Source: Candidatus Nanoarchaeia archaeon (GTDB taxonomy: Archaea > Nanobdellota > Nanobdellia > Pacearchaeales > GW2011-AR1). Taken from it: DNA of 64,000 bases. The position numbers were made by a program, and so were the translations under genes. Positions 15,860-24,022 of the stretch are shown in pieces. The stretch covers positions 78,708-142,707 of the forward strand of contig JAQTST010000001.1 in the NCBI GenBank assembly GCA_028711165.1, written 5' to 3'. How positions within the stretch are numbered: the stretch's first letter is position 1; each line of letters begins with the position of its first letter. Below the pieces are notes generated by a model. That model saw only the letters and a program-made list of their open reading frames with translations. It made no database searches and was not told the DNA's origin.

Positions 15860-16613
15860 TTATTTTATTATTAGCCTGATTAAACAGCTGTTCGTCAATT
15901 ATTGGCGGCTGTTTACCATTGTACAACCCTCCTTTATATCTTATTTTCCCAATATAGATAGGGTTTTTGACTATTTGATAAAGCGCAGATGAAGAGAGAT
16001 TAAATTTATTGCATATATCTTTGTAATTAATTCCTGCAATCCACATTTCAAAAATTTCCCTGACTTTTTCTGAATTTTCTGGATGTTTGATTAGTTTTTT
16101 ATTTTGGTAAGTATAACCAAAAGGGGCGCGATATAATGCTTCCCCAAGATTTATTTTTCTGTCAAAGGATAATTGAACTCTTTCTTTCACCATTCCTCTT
16201 TCAAGCTGGGCAAAAACTCCAATAATTTGAAAAAATGCTTCTCCCATTGCAGATGTCGTGTCAATTTGTTCTGTTACAGAAGTAAAATTAATTCCCTTAG
16301 ATTTCAAGTCTTCCAGTATTGTAATCAAGTCTTTTAATTTTCTTGAGAACCTATCTATTTTGTAAACTAAGATTATATCAAATTTTTTTTCTTGCGCATC
16401 TCTGAGTAATAATTCTAAGGCGGGCCTGTCCAAGCTTCCTGCAGAGAATCCTGCATCTTTGTAAACTTTGAAAACTTCCCAACCTCTTGCTTTGCAAAAA
16501 GATTCACATTTATCTATCTGGGCATCGACACTTAAACCTTCTTTTGCCTGCTCTTCTGTTGAAACTCGAGAATATATTGCAACTCTCGGAGTTTTATTGT
16601 TCTCTTTTATCAT
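15849..16613 (-). CDS. Serine recombinase (resolvase catalytic domain + recombinase domain; no zinc-ribbon/coiled-coil tail)
   Basis: VAIYSRVSTEEQ (catalytic Ser context), ..LVYKIDRFSRK.., ..TSAMGEAFFQIIGVFAQLERGMVKERV.., then an APFGY..YIGKIRY.. recombinase module. Confidence 0.85.
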   Translation of the reverse strand: MIKENNKTPRVAIYSRVSTEEQAKEGLSVDAQIDKCESFCKARGWEVFKVYKDAGFSAGSLDRPALELLLRDAQEKKFDIILVYKIDRFSRKLKDLITILEDLKSKGINFTSVTEQIDTTSAMGEAFFQIIGVFAQLERGMVKERVQLSFDRKINLGEALYRAPFGYTYQNKKLIKHPENSEKVREIFEMWIAGINYKDICNKFNLSSSALYQIVKNPIYIGKIRYKGGLYNGKQPPIIDEQLFNQANNKINEE

Positions 16614-16746
16614 TTTCTTGTAAACTTAGGGGTTTTTCTTCCTGTAAGGGTTCCCTTCCTGCTATGATTTTATAACCTTATTGGAAAATAAGTATATAAA
16701 TATTGTGTTAAATAGAGGAAAAGATGAACTTTTCCCACAAATTTTT

Positions 16747-16827
16747 CGGAATAATTCTTTAGTGGCTGGCGAGGGTTGTTCACTGACGTACACTCGCTTT
16801 GCTCGTGCACTAAGGTTAACTTAGTTA
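16747..16827. promoter_or_regulatory. Operator-like inverted-repeat element, copy 1 (shared arms with 17594..17647)
   Basis: CGGAATAATTCTTTAGTG-[41 nt G+C-rich]-GTGCACTAAGGTTAACTTAGTTA. Arms TTAGTG/CACTAA, with a quasi-palindrome CTAAGGTTAACTTAG. Confidence 0.45.
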
Positions 16828-17133
16828 TTAAGAATGAGAAATATATTTTACAGGGTAAGTTTTTTCTTTTTCCGGATAAACAAAAAATATTTCATCTTTT
16901 ACTAAATCAGTCAATTTATTTTTGTTTGTTGGGAGTTGAACTATTCCCAAATCTTGATTAGTTTCGCTTGCTTCAGAGAACATGTAAGAAATTTCTGTTG
17001 GTCTATATCCCAATAGATGATATTGATTATCTGATTCAAATCTTCCTATAAACATTTCTGTTATCTCTTCTGACTCTGGAGGGTATTTTGTTTTAATAGC
17101 ATGATAACCATATGCAATATCTGGATGAACCAT
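16828..17133 (-). CDS. Hypothetical protein (101 aa)
   Basis: ATG-started ORF with no motif recognised. Confidence 0.4.
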   Translation of the reverse strand: MVHPDIAYGYHAIKTKYPPESEEITEMFIGRFESDNQYHLLGYRPTEISYMFSEASETNQDLGIVQLPTNKNKLTDLVKDEIFFVYPEKEKTYPVKYISHS

Positions 17134-17191
17134 AAAGAAAAATATAAGAATAATTATTTAAAGATTATTGTGATTTTTTGATAGTTGTATA

Positions 17192-17536
17192 CTAAGGTTT
17201 GCTTTGTGAATGGGCAAAATTTAATATTTTTATTAAACGTGATTTTTCTTTTTCTAGCTGATTTACTCTTTTTTCAGCATCTTCGAGATCATAACTTAAT
17301 TGGTCCTGTAAATTTCCTGGAGATAAATCATGATTATCATAGTCTAAACCACATTTTGGGCATTTAATTAGTACTTCATTGTATGGGCCAACATTAACTA
17401 GTCTTCTTGTTAAAAAGGTTTGATCTAATGGACATTTTATGTCTATTAATTTCTCATCTTCTTTCAAACAATATTCTTCAGATTTCCCGTCTAAATTTAT
17501 GAATTTTACGGTTTTTTCACTTCGATATTTTACCAT
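17192..17536 (-). CDS. Zinc-ribbon plus C-terminal coiled-coil protein (hypothetical)
   Basis: CPLDQ..(23)..CPKCG followed by ..LEDAEKRVNQLEKEKSRLIKIL.. Confidence 0.45.
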   Translation of the reverse strand: MVKYRSEKTVKFINLDGKSEEYCLKEDEKLIDIKCPLDQTFLTRRLVNVGPYNEVLIKCPKCGLDYDNHDLSPGNLQDQLSYDLEDAEKRVNQLEKEKSRLIKILNFAHSQSKP

Positions 17537-17593
17537 GAATGAAAAAAGAATTATTATTTTTAAAGATTATTATAATTATCGACGAGAAATTTC

Positions 17594-17647
17594 CGGAATA
17601 ACTCTTTAGTGCTTGGCACCAGTTGTGCACTAAGGTTAACTTAGTTA
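17594..17647. promoter_or_regulatory. Operator-like inverted-repeat element, copy 2
   Basis: CGGAATAACTCTTTAGTGC-TTGGCACCAGTTG-TGCACTAAGGTTAACTTAGTTA. It lies upstream (minus sense) of the 17192..17536 gene and its TATA-like CTTTAAAAATAA. Confidence 0.45.
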
Positions 17648-17655
17648 AAATAGAT

Positions 17656-17764
17656 AAACACCTGTTTAAACAGGCAAGCTTAATAGTAAACAGTTGTTTG
17701 CCTCTGTTTAATGCTGTTTTAAACAGGTGTTTTACAATTTTTTTGTGTTTAAACAGGTGTTTTT
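17656..17764. repeat. Iteron-like repeats with core AAACAGGTGTT / AAACACC half-sites, including the perfect 14-bp palindrome CCTGTTTAAACAGG
   Basis: AAACACCTGTTTAAACAGG (17656-17674), GTTTTAAACAGGTGTTTT (17716-17733) and GTGTTTAAACAGGTGTTTTT (17745-17764). Confidence 0.7.
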
Positions 17765-17859
17765 GAATAGAATAGGAAGAAGATTTTATTGAGCATAATT
17801 ATAGATGTTTGTCGTCGGAGAAACAAAACATTTTTAAACTATATTTTGTAAAATATATT

Positions 17860-18471
17860 ATGTTTGGCTGGTTTTCCGGAAGAAGAGAGATTGATAATAT
17901 AAAAGATGAAACAAAAAAAGGTTTTGATTCTGTAAAAAAAGATATTAGTTCGGTCAGTGGTTGGATTAAACACCTTGATTCTGAAAAAAATTTGCAGAAG
18001 AAAGAAATTGCTGAACTTAGAGAAGTTTTATCGTCGATAAAAAATGATGTTGAAGGATTGAAAAATGTAATTGCTGTGATGAATGAATTAAAAACAAACA
18101 GGGTGTTTAAAACACCAACACGTGTTTCTAAGAAACAAACAGGTGTTTATGCTGTTCAAACAGGTGTTCAAACAGGTGTTCAAACACCAAATTTAAGCCA
18201 ATTTTCAGTAACTGAAAGAGCAATTTTATGGATATTATTAAACAGTGATATGAAATTAAGTTATGATGATTTGGCAGCTATGTTGGGGAAAGAGAGATCT
18301 ACTATTAGAGGGCAAATTAATACAATAAAACAGAAAAGTGAGATAATTGAAGAAGAAGTAGAAAAGAATGGTAAAAAGAGAGTATTTATACCTGAAGAAA
18401 TCAAAGAAAAGATGTTAAAAAAGACAAAAGTGAGAGTTGGAAACAGTAAAAATAACAGAAAAGATGAATAA
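17860..18471 (+). CDS. Coiled-coil + (QTGV)n linker + winged-helix DNA-binding protein (hypothetical regulator or initiator)
   Basis: First ATG of track ORF 17809..18471. C-terminus ..FSVTERAILWILLNSDMKLSYDDLAAMLGKERSTIRGQINTIKQK.. is wHTH-like. Paralog of 18666..19373. Confidence 0.55.
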   Translation: MFGWFSGRREIDNIKDETKKGFDSVKKDISSVSGWIKHLDSEKNLQKKEIAELREVLSSIKNDVEGLKNVIAVMNELKTNRVFKTPTRVSKKQTGVYAVQTGVQTGVQTPNLSQFSVTERAILWILLNSDMKLSYDDLAAMLGKERSTIRGQINTIKQKSEIIEEEVEKNGKKRVFIPEEIKEKMLKKTKVRVGNSKNNRKDE

Positions 18472-18665
18472 AAGTCAATAAAATATTCCAAAGTGAGAGT
18501 TTTTGGAACTAAAAATAAATTAAAAAATTGAATCAAAGTGAGGATTAAATAGGAAATAAAAAAGGAGGAGTTAGATAAAAAAGAAAAAGGTAAAAATGTG
18601 TTTATACAGAGAAAAGAAAGAGTTAAGTTAATCGGTTAACCGAAAATGTAAGTATTTGAAATATT

Positions 18666-19373
18666 TTATAGAGATCTAAGCTGGAAAAGTGTAGGTAATG
18701 GTGCAATTTTCTTTAACTTTTCAGAAACAGAGAGTTGAATCATCTTATTATTTATTTTTGTTTTATCGACGGGAATTCCTTTTTTTATGAGCTTTCCAAC
18801 ATAATCCCTTATAGAACTCTCTGTCAAATTAAGCTTCAGGGAAATGCTCTTATAATCCGCATAACCAAACTCTTCTTCAATTTGATATATCGTCGAGAAT
18901 ACTAAAAATTCCTGATCTGTAATTCTCTTGAACTTATTCCTTATTTCTTTTTTCAAATTATCTAAAGAACTTAAAACCTCAATAGCATTATTAAAAGAGG
19001 CTTTTTCTGTTTGTTGGTTTGTCTGTTGGTTTGTCTGTTGGTTTGTCTGTCTGTCTGTTGGAACCCCTTCATTTCCAGTGGAAAAGGCTTGATTTTGCTC
19101 TTTTAGAGGCTTAAAAGGATAGTTATGTGTTGGAATATCTGTTGGATATGTTGGATTTTGGATATTATGTGCTGGGTTTTGTGTTGGGATTATTTCCTCT
19201 TTTTTAGAGGTTAAATCAGATAATTTAGAGAATAAATCTTTTAGATTTTTATCTATGTCAGCAAGCTTTTCTTTATTTTCATGCAAGAACTGATTTAATA
19301 AATTAACCTCGCTGTTTATAGAATCTATATCTTGTTTTACTTTTTGAAAAGCATTTTTAATTTGCTCATCCAT
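18666..19373 (-). CDS. Coiled-coil + (QTNQ)n linker + winged-helix DNA-binding protein (paralog)
   Basis: The N-terminal coiled coil is similar to the previous gene. It has a 12-nt tandem repeat at 19008..19062. C-terminus ..ITDQEFLVFSTIYQIEEEFGYADYKSISLKLNLTESSIRDYVGKLIKKGIP.. Confidence 0.55.
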   Translation of the reverse strand: MDEQIKNAFQKVKQDIDSINSEVNLLNQFLHENKEKLADIDKNLKDLFSKLSDLTSKKEEIIPTQNPAHNIQNPTYPTDIPTHNYPFKPLKEQNQAFSTGNEGVPTDRQTNQQTNQQTNQQTEKASFNNAIEVLSSLDNLKKEIRNKFKRITDQEFLVFSTIYQIEEEFGYADYKSISLKLNLTESSIRDYVGKLIKKGIPVDKTKINNKMIQLSVSEKLKKIAPLPTLFQLRSL

Positions 19374-19404
19374 CTTAACATAAATAAAAAGCCAGTATAA
19401 AAAA

Positions 19405-19716
19405 TTAAGTATAATTTAGAGAATTATTTTGATTCTGGAAAGAAGATTGATGTTTTTTATAAGCCTGATAAGCGCTGTCTGTGAGCTTCCATCTTGATCT
19501 TTTTAGGTAAGGAAAACCAGCAGGATTTTTTTTAATCTCAACTACCAGCTCTTTCTTTTTTAATTCAAGAAGGAGAGTTTTTACAAATTCTTCATCCCTG
19601 GCAATTTCAACAGCAATATTCAATGTAAATAATGCCTTGGGAGAAATAGAATAAAGATAAGCAAGAATCTGTTCGTATATTTTTTCCCTTTTTTGCCTGG
19701 AAATTTTCATATACAA
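19405..19716 (-). CDS. Small winged-helix protein (hypothetical)
   Basis: ..REKIYEQILAYLYSISPKALFTLNIAVEIARDEEFVKTLLLELKKKELVV.. has a wHTH-like pattern. Confidence 0.4.
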   Translation of the reverse strand: MYMKISRQKREKIYEQILAYLYSISPKALFTLNIAVEIARDEEFVKTLLLELKKKELVVEIKKNPAGFPYLKRSRWKLTDSAYQAYKKHQSSFQNQNNSLNYT

Positions 19717-19792
19717 AAGAATAGACTTGATTTTTTAAAAGTAATGATAATATAATCCCGTGTTTCTATATAAGAATAAATATTAAGAAAAA

Positions 19793-20224
19793 TTACTGGC
19801 TTTCTTTTTCTTCGGTTTTCTTTTGAGGACTTAAAGAAGGTAAAGGAATATGATAAGGCAATCCTAATTCTTCTTCTAATTCAAGAGCTTTTACGTTGGA
19901 TTTTTTAAGAATTAAGTTGAAAATAGATGTCCTGAAATCATCTGAAGTCTGCTTTTCTTTCCAGCCTTTTATAATATCTTTAGCCATTTTAGAATCAACA
20001 GAAAGAATAAAATTACCGGCAAAGTCAATTTTAGCAAGTTCAGGTTCAAATGATAAAGTATAAACAAAATCAACTTTTATTAACTCATCCTTGGTTTTTA
20101 GAAGTTCATTCTTTAAAATATCTATAGAAGAAATATCCATTTTTGTGTTAAATTTTATATTGTCTGCCCTGTCTTTGAATCTTTCAACACTTATTTTAGT
20201 AAAATTAAAATTTACAAGCTTCAT
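19793..20224 (-). CDS. Hypothetical protein (143 aa)
   Basis: ORF with ATG start and no motif recognised. Confidence 0.4.
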   Translation of the reverse strand: MKLVNFNFTKISVERFKDRADNIKFNTKMDISSIDILKNELLKTKDELIKVDFVYTLSFEPELAKIDFAGNFILSVDSKMAKDIIKGWKEKQTSDDFRTSIFNLILKKSNVKALELEEELGLPYHIPLPSLSPQKKTEEKESQ

Positions 20225-20386
20225 TTTATTTTAGAATAAAAGATGTTTTTAAATATTTATATTAAGAAGTTTATAGATTATAAAATTAAGAAGAAAAGTA
20301 AAAAATTGTTAGTAAAAAAATTTATTTGAAATATAAAATAAGTATAAAATATAGAATTATTTGAGGATTAAGATATCTTAATATTT

Positions 20387-20650
20387 CTAAACTAAATCTT
20401 CTTCGGAAACTATTACAAAATCACCGATGGCAATTATTGAATTGTAAGGAATTAAAAGCTCGTGGCTGCTTGTTCTTTCTAAATTAAGATTATTTGTATA
20501 AGGAGTAGGATCTTTAACTAAAAGATTAATTAATTCTCCGGATTTAGTCTCGAAAGTTATGTCTTTGACAAAACCTAATCTTTTTCCTTCTTTTGTTACA
20601 ATCATTTTTCCCATAAGAGAAGTATAAGTATTTTTAGTTCCTTGTTGCAT
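20387..20650 (-). CDS. PRC-barrel domain protein
   Basis: ..GKMIVTKEGKRLGFVKDITFETKSGELINLLV..LIPYNSIIAIGDFVIV.. has the PRC-barrel pattern. A second paralog lies at 41547..41825. Confidence 0.65.
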   Translation of the reverse strand: MQQGTKNTYTSLMGKMIVTKEGKRLGFVKDITFETKSGELINLLVKDPTPYTNNLNLERTSSHELLIPYNSIIAIGDFVIVSEEDLV

Positions 20651-20797
20651 AATGAGGTAAAGATAAAAATTATTTATAAACTTTTCTGTGAAAATAAATA
20701 GATTTAGCAGTATATAATAGAAATTATTAAAATTTAGAAAATTAGTAATAAATTAATTAAAAATAGAAAAGATTAAAGAAAATAAATAATAAGATAG

Positions 20798-21195
<398 letters not shown>

Positions 21196-21198
21196 GTT

Positions 21199-22398
21199 AT
21201 GAGTGAATTAGACAAAATATTTGAAGCTTTTGACAACAATGGGATTTTTAAGAATAAATCGATGCTGCAGCATAGCTATCAGCCTGAAGAAATTCTTCAC
21301 AGAAGCAAACAGATACAGCAAGTAGCTTTGATTTTAGCTCCGGTTTTAAGAGGAGAAAGGGCCAGTAATTTATTTCTTTATGGCAAAACAGGGACAGGGA
21401 AAACTCTTTCTATACAATATGTGAGAAATGAATTAATGAAAAGAGTGAAAAAAGATGCAGATTTTAATTTGAAGATAGAATATCTGAACTGCAAACTTAA
21501 GAAAGTTTCTGACACTGAATACAGAATTCTTGCAGAGTTGATTAAAAAATTTGGGGGAGAAATTCCTGCAACAGGTTTGCCGACTCAATCTGTTTATGAC
21601 AGGTTTATTGATATTATTGACGCTGAAAAACAAACAATTGTTCTTATCCTCGATGAAATCGACCAGACAACTAAAAAAATTTCTGATGATTTTCTTTATA
21701 ATCTTACAAGGTTAAATTCTGAACTTTCAAAATCTCAAATTTGTCTTGTTGGAATTAGCAATAATTTGACTTTTTTGGATGAACTTGATCCGAGAGTAAA
21801 AAGTTCTCTTTCCGAGGAAGAAATTGTCTTTGATCCTTATAATGCACTTCAACTGCAGGATATTTTAACTACAAGGGCGAAGGATGTTTTCAAGGATGAT
21901 GTAATGCAGGAAGGTGTTATTGCAAAATGCGCTGCTTTGGCTGCCAGAGAGCACGGCGACGCGAGGAGAGCTTTGGACTTGCTCAGAATTGCAGGAGAAC
22001 TTGCTGAGAGAGATAGTTCTAAAAAAATTTACCTGAAATATCTTGATGAAGCAAATGATAAAATAGAAAGAGACAAGATTCTTGATGTCATCAAATCTGA
22101 ACCTAAACAATTTCAGCTGGTTTTGAGTTCAATAATTCAATTGCTTGAGAAACAGCCTAATTATCATCTTTTTACAGGAGAAGTTTATAACTTTTACAGA
22201 GAACTTTGCCTGAAAAATAAACTTGAGATTTTGACTCAGAGAAGAGTCAGTGATATCATTCAGGAATTTGACATGCTTGGGATTATTACTGTTAATGTTA
22301 TTTCAAAAGGAAGGGGCGGAAGAATGAGAGAAATTAAACTTGCAATAAGCAAAGATATTATTCAGAAAGCGAAGGAAATTATTGCAGAATCTCTTTAA
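21199..22398 (+). CDS. cdc6: Orc1/Cdc6 replication initiator
   Basis: Walker A GKTGTGKT, Walker B ILDEID, sensor ..HGDARRALDLLR.. and a C-terminal winged helix. Confidence 0.95.
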   Translation: MSELDKIFEAFDNNGIFKNKSMLQHSYQPEEILHRSKQIQQVALILAPVLRGERASNLFLYGKTGTGKTLSIQYVRNELMKRVKKDADFNLKIEYLNCKLKKVSDTEYRILAELIKKFGGEIPATGLPTQSVYDRFIDIIDAEKQTIVLILDEIDQTTKKISDDFLYNLTRLNSELSKSQICLVGISNNLTFLDELDPRVKSSLSEEEIVFDPYNALQLQDILTTRAKDVFKDDVMQEGVIAKCAALAAREHGDARRALDLLRIAGELAERDSSKKIYLKYLDEANDKIERDKILDVIKSEPKQFQLVLSSIIQLLEKQPNYHLFTGEVYNFYRELCLKNKLEILTQRRVSDIIQEFDMLGIITVNVISKGRGGRMREIKLAISKDIIQKAKEIIAESL

Positions 22399-22420
22399 TT
22401 ATAGTCACGGAGATAATAAA

Positions 22421-24022
22421 ATGAACAATTCAGAAATATTAAAGTTTTGTTTGCAGAAAGGATTCTTGTTAGATAACGAAGTTCTTAATATGTTTAACGA
22501 AACTACCGACGTGGAATCTGTTAAGTTAATCATTGAAAGAATTAAGGATTCGACTCAGCAGAGGATAATAACCAAAAGTTTGTTTAATCAGAATAAAGAC
22601 AAGGTTTTTCAGATTTTTTCAACTTTACCGAAGGAAAATCAGCAACAGCTTGAAGGCTTGAAAATTAAACTTGGCTTGAGCATTGAGATTTCAAAAGAAT
22701 TTTCCAAACCAATTCCTGAGAAAGAAGAGGATTCTAATTTTAACGGCGTGAAAGTAATGTCTGTTCCATTAAACTCTCTCAAGAAACTTGAAGTTTCTGA
22801 TTTTACAAAATATTTCAGGAACCGACTTTTGGAGATGAAGAAAATTTTGCAAAGCAATTCTTCTCTGAAAAATTTGGTTTCAATAAATAAAATTCCTGAA
22901 ACACGACAAGGGATTTCTATAATTGGAATTGTTTCCAGCAAGACTATCACTAAAAATAAAAATATGCTTCTTGACGTCGAGGATTTGACAGGAAAGATAA
23001 GAGTTTTGATAAATCAAAATAACAAAAAAGTTTATGAGAAAGCCGATGAAATTTGTCTTGATTCTGTTTTAGGTTTTAGCGGAACAGGAAACAGAGAAAT
23101 TCTTTTTGCCAGTGATATTGTTTTTCCGGATTCTTTTTTACAAGAAAGAAAAACTTCACCTGTGGAAGAATATGCTTTATTTTTGGGAGATATTCATTTT
23201 GGAAGCAAATTATTTTTAGAAAACAGTTTTCTCAAGTTTATTGATTATCTCAACGGGAAATTTCCAAACACTCCTGAAGTAAACAAGATAAAATATCTTT
23301 TTCTCGTCGGAGATTTGATAGCCGGAGTCGGAACTTATCCTACACAGGAAAGAGATTTGAAAGTAAAAGATATTGAAGACCAGTTTCTTGGATTGTCAGA
23401 GATTTTATCCAAAATAAGAAAAGATATTCAGATAATTATTTCTCCTGGAAATCACGACGGTGTCAGGCTTATGGAACCGCAGCCGCTCCTGAATGAAAGA
23501 TATGCGTGGAGCATTTATGATTTGAAAAATGCAATTGTGACTGGAAATCCTGCTTATGTTAATATCGGAGCAACAAAAGAATTTTCTGGTTTTGATATTC
23601 TGACTTATCACGGAATGTCTTTTCACTATTACTCTAACACTGTTCCAAAATTAATCCGCGACGGAGCATTAAAAAAATTTCCGGATAAAATTATGGCTTA
23701 TCTCCTCAAAAATCGCCATCTTGCTCCTGCTCATGCATCTATTCAGTATTTTCCGTCGGAGGAAGACAATTTAATCATTAAAAAAATTCCTGACATTTTT
23801 GTTTCGGGGCACACACACAAGAGTGCAGTTTCTTATTACAATAATATTTTGACTATTTCTGCGTCGGCGTGGGAGAGCAAGACTCCTTATCAGGAAAAAA
23901 TGGGAAATGAACCTGATTTCTGCAAGGTTCCGCTTTTTAATCTTAAGACAAGAGCAATTAAAATTCTGGATTTTGAGGAAAAGAAGACAGAGGAAAAAGT
24001 TGTGGAGGGAAAAATAAAATGA
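22421..24022 (+). CDS. DNA polymerase II (PolD) small subunit DP1
   Basis: First ATG (MNNSEILKF..) of track ORF 22382..24022. It has an OB fold and calcineurin-like phosphoesterase motifs (..GDIHFGS.., ..VGDLIAG.., ..PGNHD.., ..GHTH..). Confidence 0.9.
   Translation: MNNSEILKFCLQKGFLLDNEVLNMFNETTDVESVKLIIERIKDSTQQRIITKSLFNQNKDKVFQIFSTLPKENQQQLEGLKIKLGLSIEISKEFSKPIPEKEEDSNFNGVKVMSVPLNSLKKLEVSDFTKYFRNRLLEMKKILQSNSSLKNLVSINKIPETRQGISIIGIVSSKTITKNKNMLLDVEDLTGKIRVLINQNNKKVYEKADEICLDSVLGFSGTGNREILFASDIVFPDSFLQERKTSPVEEYALFLGDIHFGSKLFLENSFLKFIDYLNGKFPNTPEVNKIKYLFLVGDLIAGVGTYPTQERDLKVKDIEDQFLGLSEILSKIRKDIQIIISPGNHDGVRLMEPQPLLNERYAWSIYDLKNAIVTGNPAYVNIGATKEFSGFDILTYHGMSFHYYSNTVPKLIRDGALKKFPDKIMAYLLKNRHLAPAHASIQYFPSEEDNLIIKKIPDIFVSGHTHKSAVSYYNNILTISASAWESKTPYQEKMGNEPDFCKVPLFNLKTRAIKILDFEEKKTEEKVVEGKIK

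Larger units (their letters stand above)
13107..20650. mobile_element. Putative integrated element or accessory island (recombinase paralogs, HNH fusion, KamA-like gene, wHTH/iteron module)
   Basis: It begins where the conserved ..L13-S9-RpoN.. order breaks. It holds one complete serine recombinase and two partial paralogs, repeat-rich intergenic DNA and mostly unknown small genes. No flanking att repeats were identified, so the boundaries are approximate. Confidence 0.35.

Noticed and set aside
13107-20650. Calling the island a provirus
   Set aside because: No capsid, terminase, portal or polymerase genes are recognisable and no att repeats were found. Only a generic 'integrated element/island' call at low confidence is justified.
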